From Rhodoligotrophos defluvii (GTDB taxonomy: Bacteria; Pseudomonadota; Alphaproteobacteria; Rhizobiales; Im1), in contig NZ_SZZM01000001.1 in the NCBI RefSeq assembly GCF_005281615.1, forward strand, positions 1,489,455-1,521,454: a stretch of DNA of 32,000 nt. The letters run 5' to 3'. Both the position numbers and the translations under genes were made by a program. Of the stretch, positions 27,379 through 32,000 are shown piece by piece. The stretch's first letter is position 1. Each line of letters begins with the position of its first letter. A model generated the notes under the pieces. It was not told the DNA's origin. It saw only the letters and a program-made list of their open reading frames with translations, and did no database searches.

Positions 27379-27560
27379 TGAAGAGATCCTTTCTCAGTAT
27401 CGGCAGGCCATTCCACTCGTCGAGTCAAATGATGCCTTTTGCCGATACATTGAATTTAAAGATGTCGGGATTTGTTCTCCATTTCACGGATAGCCGGATT
27501 TCATAGTATTTTCATTGGAGAACACAGCAGCATCATGCTGTTCTTATAAGGGCGATCCGA

Positions 27561-28508
27561 TCAGGCCGAGAGGGGGACGAGAGACCTCTCGGCGACCAAA
27601 GACGTATCGATCTCCAAGGAGTCGATCTCCGCCACGGCAGCGCGTATTCTTGCTGCGGTGCCTTCAGTGACCTCGACCAGCGGAAGGCGGACGGCGGGCG
27701 AGTATCCGCGCGCGCAATGCAACGCGAACTTGACCGGGCATGGGTTGCTTTCAAGCTCCAGCGCCTCGATCAGCGGGAAAAGATGGGCGTTGATGCGCCG
27801 AGCTTCCAGATAGGCACTCTTCCGCACCGCGCCGATCATCGCCGCTGTCAGCATCGGGGCGACGTTCGACACGACCGAAATGGCGCCGTCGCCGCCAGTC
27901 GCCATGAAAGCCAGCATGGATCGGTCATGGCCGGAAAGCTGCGTGAAACGATCGCCGAATCGGACGGCCATCGTGCTAGCCCGCGTCGGATCTCCGCTTG
28001 CGTCCTTGACGCCGACAAGACCGGGCAGGTGCGCAAGGCGGTCGAGCGTTTCGATCCTGATATCGACGGCCGTCCGGGAAGGCACGTTATAGATGATGAT
28101 CGGCAGCTCGGCAGCTTGCGCGACGCTCTCGAAATGCCGGAACAGGCCCTCTTGACTCGGCCGACTATAGTAAGGCGTGACGACCAAAGCACCATCCGCG
28201 CCAAGGCGAGCCGCCTCGCGGGTCAACTCCACGGTACGCCGGGTGTCGTTGGTGCCCGAGCCGGCGATCACCGGCACACGGCCATTGGAGACCTCGACGC
28301 ACAAGCGGATCACCGCCGCCCATTCCGGATGAGACAGGGTCGGCGCCTCGCCCGTAGTGCCGCAGGCGACAAGCCCCTGTACGCCCTGGTCGATCTGCCA
28401 GTTGGCGAGTTCCGCCAAGGCGTCGAAAGCGATAGCCTCACCCCTGTACGGGGTGACAAGTGCGGTCATCAGACCGCCGAATAACGGAGGGTCGCCACTG
28501 GGTTTCAT
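27561..28508 (-). CDS. dapA: 4-hydroxy-tetrahydrodipicolinate synthase / DapA-family class I aldolase
   Basis: 315 aa from the ATG at 28508; the track ORF extends to 28694 without support. Motifs ACGTTGE, IIYNVPSRT and the Schiff-base Lys in VGVKDASGD are present. There is a roughly 20-aa C-terminal extension relative to a typical DapA. Confidence 0.8.
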   Translation of the reverse strand: MKPSGDPPLFGGLMTALVTPYRGEAIAFDALAELANWQIDQGVQGLVACGTTGEAPTLSHPEWAAVIRLCVEVSNGRVPVIAGSGTNDTRRTVELTREAARLGADGALVVTPYYSRPSQEGLFRHFESVAQAAELPIIIYNVPSRTAVDIRIETLDRLAHLPGLVGVKDASGDPTRASTMAVRFGDRFTQLSGHDRSMLAFMATGGDGAISVVSNVAPMLTAAMIGAVRKSAYLEARRINAHLFPLIEALELESNPCPVKFALHCARGYSPAVRLPLVEVTEGTAARIRAAVAEIDSLEIDTSLVAERSLVPLSA

Positions 28509-29104
28509 GCTGCCTCTTCTCCACGTTTCGAGAGTTCTTTTGGTCGGCGCTGGCGACGATCGAGGGAGCCCAGCAGTGCGATCAGCATGGCAGCGGCCAG
28601 ATCGTCGTGTCGGCCCACGCACCTGCGCAAATTGCCTCGATCGCTCCACGCCACGCGACAACGCCAACGATCTCCCGAGCGGCCCATCGACCAAGGATGC
28701 CGCGTTGGTTGCAGATGCGCTCCGAGTTCGAGAACCGCTTCAAGCAAGGCATTTGCTTCGAGCAGATCACGGAGCCGGCGGTGCCGTCGAAACTGCGACT
28801 GATCTTCGCGCTCCTCGATAATCCTCACAGCCAGCCAGATGTGGTGCTCCTTGAGGACCCGAGCCATCTCCAACTGCGTCCTCAGGCCTGGCAGCGCAGC
28901 CAGACGGCTTTCACCGATACCCGGCCTTGGATCGTCGGCTTGGAGATCTGGAGCCGCAGGGCGTGTCATGCCGCTCTCAGAAAAACTATGGCGACGACCT
29001 GCACCGCGGCACAGCTCGCAGCAAACATCAGAAGCAGGTATTCCGATCTACGGCGTCGCTCGCGTTTGCTGAACCTCGGTTTCGGTCGTGGCAACCTGGG
29101 GTGA
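28505..29104. other. Unresolved coding region: mutually exclusive ORFs on both strands (- 28505-28969, 154 aa; + 28460/28697/28715-29104)
   Basis: Neither translation matches a family I recognise. The - ORF has an ATGA overlap with the dapA start. Hand-counted codon-position GC over 28715-28969 is 78/62/44% for + strand positions 3/1/2, which favours the + frame. Confidence 0.3.
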
Positions 29105-29128
29105 GCAGGACGGCCCGAAAATCTGCAT

Positions 29129-29278
29129 TCAGCCGCCATTTCTGAGCACCAGGTAGATGCTGGGGCCTGCGGCAGCAAGAACAGCGCAACCGGCGATCAC
29201 CACGAGAGCGATGATCTCCACGGCGCAGCGGAAGACGTGTCGGGAGACTTGGCGCTTGCTTGGTACAGCCCGGCTCAA
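29129..29278 (-). CDS. Small tail-anchored membrane ORF (49 aa), hypothetical
   Basis: Hand translation gives (TTG)MSRAVPSKRQVSRHVFRCAVEIIALVVIAGCAVLAAAGPSIYLVLRNGG*. The TTG start overlaps the stop of the upstream 102-aa ORF (TTGA). GC3 is about 71% by hand count. It is below the ORF-track cutoff. Confidence 0.3.
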   Translation of the reverse strand: MSRAVPSKRQVSRHVFRCAVEIIALVVIAGCAVLAAAGPSIYLVLRNGG

Positions 29279-29583
29279 TTTTCGCCCTCGCTCCCCATCT
29301 GACGCGGCTCGCGCCGCCGACTGAGGTTCATCATCTCCAGGCAGAAGCGACCGTCTGTCAGTTGAAGATAGAGGCGGTAGCAGCCGTAGCTCTCGCCTAT
29401 CAGCCTTGCCGCACCGACCGCATCATTGCGCGTCGGGTGGCACCATTCGGAGTCTTCACCTTCAAGATGCACAGTCCAGCGATCATCATAGTTCCGATAG
29501 ACCCAGAGAACGGGCAGGACCGGATACAAAGTCGCTGTGGCTTGAGGAGCCTCCAATTTCGATATGATCTGTTCCAAACACAT
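29275..29583 (-). CDS. Small hypothetical protein, DUF2188-like
   Basis: 102 aa with AGGTGA 3-4 nt upstream of the ATG. The core LWVYRNYDDRWTVHLEGEDSEWCHPTRNDAVGAARLIGESYGCYRLYLQLTDGRF parallels the DUF2188 pattern (W.V..EG.......T...A...AR......G..L.....DGR). Confidence 0.5.
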   Translation of the reverse strand: MCLEQIISKLEAPQATATLYPVLPVLWVYRNYDDRWTVHLEGEDSEWCHPTRNDAVGAARLIGESYGCYRLYLQLTDGRFCLEMMNLSRRREPRQMGSEGEN

Positions 29584-29609
29584 GTTTCACCTAAGCTCGC
29601 AGTGCGTTT

Positions 29610-29628
29610 GCGGAGCCGGTGGCTCCGC
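29610..29628 (-). terminator. Perfect 8-bp GC-rich hairpin between the porin gene and the 102-aa ORF (possible terminator/processing site)
   Basis: GCGGAGCC-GGT-GGCTCCGC lies 20 nt downstream of the porin stop. There is no U-tract on the - strand, so function as an intrinsic terminator is uncertain. Confidence 0.3.
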
Positions 29629-29647
29629 ATTTCCGGCTGCGCCCGTC

Positions 29648-30919
29648 CTAGAAAAGCACCCCGGCCTCAAACATCCCGCGTACCTGGTCGCGCTTGTCGA
29701 AGTTGGAGCCAAAGCCGTAGCCTTCGGTGACCCGATCGATGCGGGTGTACGAAAGCTCGGTACGCGCGAAGAAGATCCCGCGCTGGTAGGTCGGCGTCAC
29801 CGTCAGCGACCACGCCCTGCTTTTCGGCCCGTAGAGCAGATTGGTGGGGGCGCAGTCTGCGGCGACGCCGCAATCTCCTCCGCTTGAAGCGATGTACTCG
29901 GCACGTCCAGCGATCGAGAAATTCTCATTGATGGCATATCGAGCCAGCAGCGCTCCGCCGAATGTTTCGGCGGAGCGCTCAATCCCGATGTCCCTGTTCG
30001 AGCGGACCGTTGTGTATTGCAGGTAGGGCTGGAGCGTCAGCGGGCCGTCGACATAGGTGTAGATCACATTGAAGATGCTACTGTTGTTCTGCGCCAGAGG
30101 CGTCGCCGCGCCGGTCTTGCCGGACTCTGCAAAATTACCCGCGGCGACCAGCGTGATCGTGCTCGACGGCGTCGCCGCATAAGACAACAGACCGGATACC
30201 CAGTTGTAATCCCCTGAGTAGAAACCATCATTGACCGACACCGAAGCGTTGACCGGCCCATTGCTATAGTTCACCTGCACACCGCGGCTGATCGCCGGCT
30301 CCTGGTTCCAGAGCAGGCCGCGCGCGATATTCATATTTTGGAAGGTGAAGGTCGATTCCGCGCCGATCAACGTCGGCAGTAAACCCGCCTGCACTGAGAT
30401 ATTCGGCGACAGCTCGAGCTTGCCATAAGCAACCGGCACCGCCCCGTACAACTGATCGGTGACGTCGGTTGCGCGGTTATAGGCCGAGCCCAAAGAAGGC
30501 AGCGAGTAGACACCGCCCTGGACGAAGAACGTCAAGGGCGCCCCGGTTGTCTGCACCTGAATTTGGGCATTGCCGATATCGACGAGGGGATCTGTCGTTC
30601 GAGGATCGACTCCGGGAATGCCGTTCGTCTGCGCATTGCCGATGCCTGTGAGCTGGCCGGTGATATGAAACCGGCCAAACACGCCCGCATCCGTACTCAT
30701 CGGATCGGGGTTCGGGCGCAGAGGACCACCAAAGCTCGGCGCGCTCAGGGGTTCCGCCGCTGCCTGGCCAAGACCCATCATCGAACCGGCCATGATCGCG
30801 ACCGCGCCAACTGCGCTCCGGCAAAGCGTCCGCCGACGCCCAGACCCCGGTCTTGTTGGACGACCGGCCTCGGCTGTGGCCGTTGCGGCGGGTGCGAGGG
30901 ACGGTTTAAGCGGCTTCAT
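29648..30919 (-). CDS. Outer-membrane beta-barrel porin (OmpL-like / BBP2-type)
   Basis: 423 aa with a long signal peptide ending GLGQAAA/EP. Alternating beta-strand pattern, rich in G/Y/N/T, and a C-terminal aromatic residue (GVLF*). Confidence 0.75.
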   Translation of the reverse strand: MKPLKPSLAPAATATAEAGRPTRPGSGRRRTLCRSAVGAVAIMAGSMMGLGQAAAEPLSAPSFGGPLRPNPDPMSTDAGVFGRFHITGQLTGIGNAQTNGIPGVDPRTTDPLVDIGNAQIQVQTTGAPLTFFVQGGVYSLPSLGSAYNRATDVTDQLYGAVPVAYGKLELSPNISVQAGLLPTLIGAESTFTFQNMNIARGLLWNQEPAISRGVQVNYSNGPVNASVSVNDGFYSGDYNWVSGLLSYAATPSSTITLVAAGNFAESGKTGAATPLAQNNSSIFNVIYTYVDGPLTLQPYLQYTTVRSNRDIGIERSAETFGGALLARYAINENFSIAGRAEYIASSGGDCGVAADCAPTNLLYGPKSRAWSLTVTPTYQRGIFFARTELSYTRIDRVTEGYGFGSNFDKRDQVRGMFEAGVLF

Positions 30920-31065
30920 ACCTTCAGATCCTTCCGGTTTGGTGGGACCCTCAAGCTAAATAGAGCCGCATATTATTTCGACGGGAGCTCAGCCGCGCTG
31001 CGATAGTATTTTCATAAGAAAAAGCCCTGACAAAAATATGCGTACTCATATAGTCGGATTTTTAT

Positions 31066-31890
31066 TTGACTGATCACGACTTTGCGCTCTCTCTCGCGCG
31101 GGAGTGTGCTTCTATGATTGACCAGAATCTCGACTATCTCGCTAACTTGCTTTGCCAAAACCGTCGGCAGGGAATTACCTCAGATATCCCGTTCGATCTG
31201 CTTCGAAGCGAGGATGACGCCTGGGCGGTGCAGTCAGCAGCAATCTCGGCCTTCGCCAATGACGCGGTAGGATACGCCCTCATAGGGACTTGCCCGGCCA
31301 TTCGCGGCTCGCTTGGCCTTGCCAGTCCGATCTACTGCCCGATTCCTGTGGGAACAGTGCTTCAGGACTCCCACGGGCCGTTCCGGATTCCCCAGGGTTT
31401 CATCGGGGCACAATGCGAAATCGTCTTTACGATAGGAGGTCCCCTGGGGGCGGACCATTGGCCCATCACTCGCGATCAATTTTGCAAGGCGATCCTGAGC
31501 TACCAACCGGCTATCGGTCTTGTCGGGCGACGTGGTCACCTGACTGGGCAACCGCACCTGGCCGCCATCGCTGACTATGCGTTCCATGTTTCGACGATCG
31601 TTGACAAATATCATGAGCCAACAAGCCTGGAGGCCATCGACAGGATCGACATGCGAGCGTCGATCAATAACGTTCCGGCGTTTCAGTCGGCATCGGGAGA
31701 GGGGCTGGTTGATCCGATAAACTCTGCGCTCTGGCTCGTGAATGACCTGATCGCCAGAGGCAATTATCTCAGCGCCGGCGATATCGTAGCTACCGGATCG
31801 ATCATCCCGATGCTGCTGCAAATCCTTCCTGGTCAGGAACTGAAGGTCGAGTTGTCAGGCGTTGGTGACGCATCCGCACGGTTTCTTTGA
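31066..31890 (+). CDS. 2-keto-4-pentenoate hydratase-like enzyme (MhpD/HpcG, FAH-fold family)
   Basis: 274 aa from a TTG at 31066 that has no SD sequence. An alternative ATG at 31114 has GGGAG 9 nt upstream. The C-terminal LSAGDIVATGSI...G..L.VELSGVG pattern and overall length match the MhpD family. Confidence 0.65.
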   Translation: MTDHDFALSLARECASMIDQNLDYLANLLCQNRRQGITSDIPFDLLRSEDDAWAVQSAAISAFANDAVGYALIGTCPAIRGSLGLASPIYCPIPVGTVLQDSHGPFRIPQGFIGAQCEIVFTIGGPLGADHWPITRDQFCKAILSYQPAIGLVGRRGHLTGQPHLAAIADYAFHVSTIVDKYHEPTSLEAIDRIDMRASINNVPAFQSASGEGLVDPINSALWLVNDLIARGNYLSAGDIVATGSIIPMLLQILPGQELKVELSGVGDASARFL

Positions 31891-32000
31891 ACCAAAAGAA
31901 GCAGCCGATCAGACGGCCAACTGATGGCCACTGAAAATGTATAGACCCAACGCCGTCGCTGCCAACCATAGGGCTTCATCCCAATAGGTGAAGCTGGTCT

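Noticed and set aside
28966-29178. 70-aa - strand ORF between the unresolved region and the 102-aa ORF
   Set aside because: The sequence is Arg/Pro-rich with no SD. It overlaps, out of frame, the better-supported 49-aa TM ORF (29129-29278).
29260-29730. 156-aa + strand ORF antisense to the 102-aa DUF2188-like ORF and the porin 3' end
   Set aside because: It would overlap the porin stop region and the hairpin. The - strand ORF has a strong SD and a recognisable motif, and hand-counted GC3 slightly exceeds GC1 on the - frame.
31891-32000. Imperfect hairpin GCC(G)ATCAG-N8-CTGATGGC after the hydratase stop, considered as a terminator
   Set aside because: The stem is bulged and no T-run follows it. 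Too little downstream sequence is available to judge.

Overview
GC-rich (about 60-65%) proteobacterial DNA. From the look of the proteins it is most likely alphaproteobacterial (Rhizobiales-like), which is an inference. Positions 1-16.5 kb (+ strand) are a tightly packed conjugative-transfer backbone of an ICE or conjugative plasmid. Its gene order is DUF2840, TraF (S26 peptidase), DUF736, lytic transglycosylase, a candidate oriT, a MOBP-type relaxase, the TraG/VirD4 coupling protein, an RHH regulator, TrbB-C-D-E-J-K(alt)-L-F-G-I and DUF2274, with many 4-nt start/stop overlaps. No integrase, att site, tRNA, IS element or CRISPR array is visible, so the limits of the element are unresolved. From 16.5 to 31 kb all genes are on the - strand. 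First comes a LysR regulator with visibly lower GC, then a complete high-affinity K+ uptake locus, kdpF-A-B-C-D-E. That locus carries three non-canonical additions read directly from the sequence. One is a second KdpF-like 26-aa micro-ORF upstream of kdpF. Another is a 58-aa single-TM ORF, below the 60-aa ORF-track cutoff, in the 227-nt kdpA-kdpB gap. The third is a dedicated PtsN/EIIA-Ntr paralogue directly after kdpE. The region 26.5-32 kb is a lower-GC accessory patch. It holds two DUF2188-like small proteins, each beside a small tail-anchored membrane ORF. It also holds a DapA-family aldolase, a 0.6-kb stretch whose coding strand I cannot resolve, an outer-membrane beta-barrel porin and an MhpD-like hydratase (+ strand). 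The augmented kdp locus is the most interesting candidate. Everything else in the conjugation module looks canonical.
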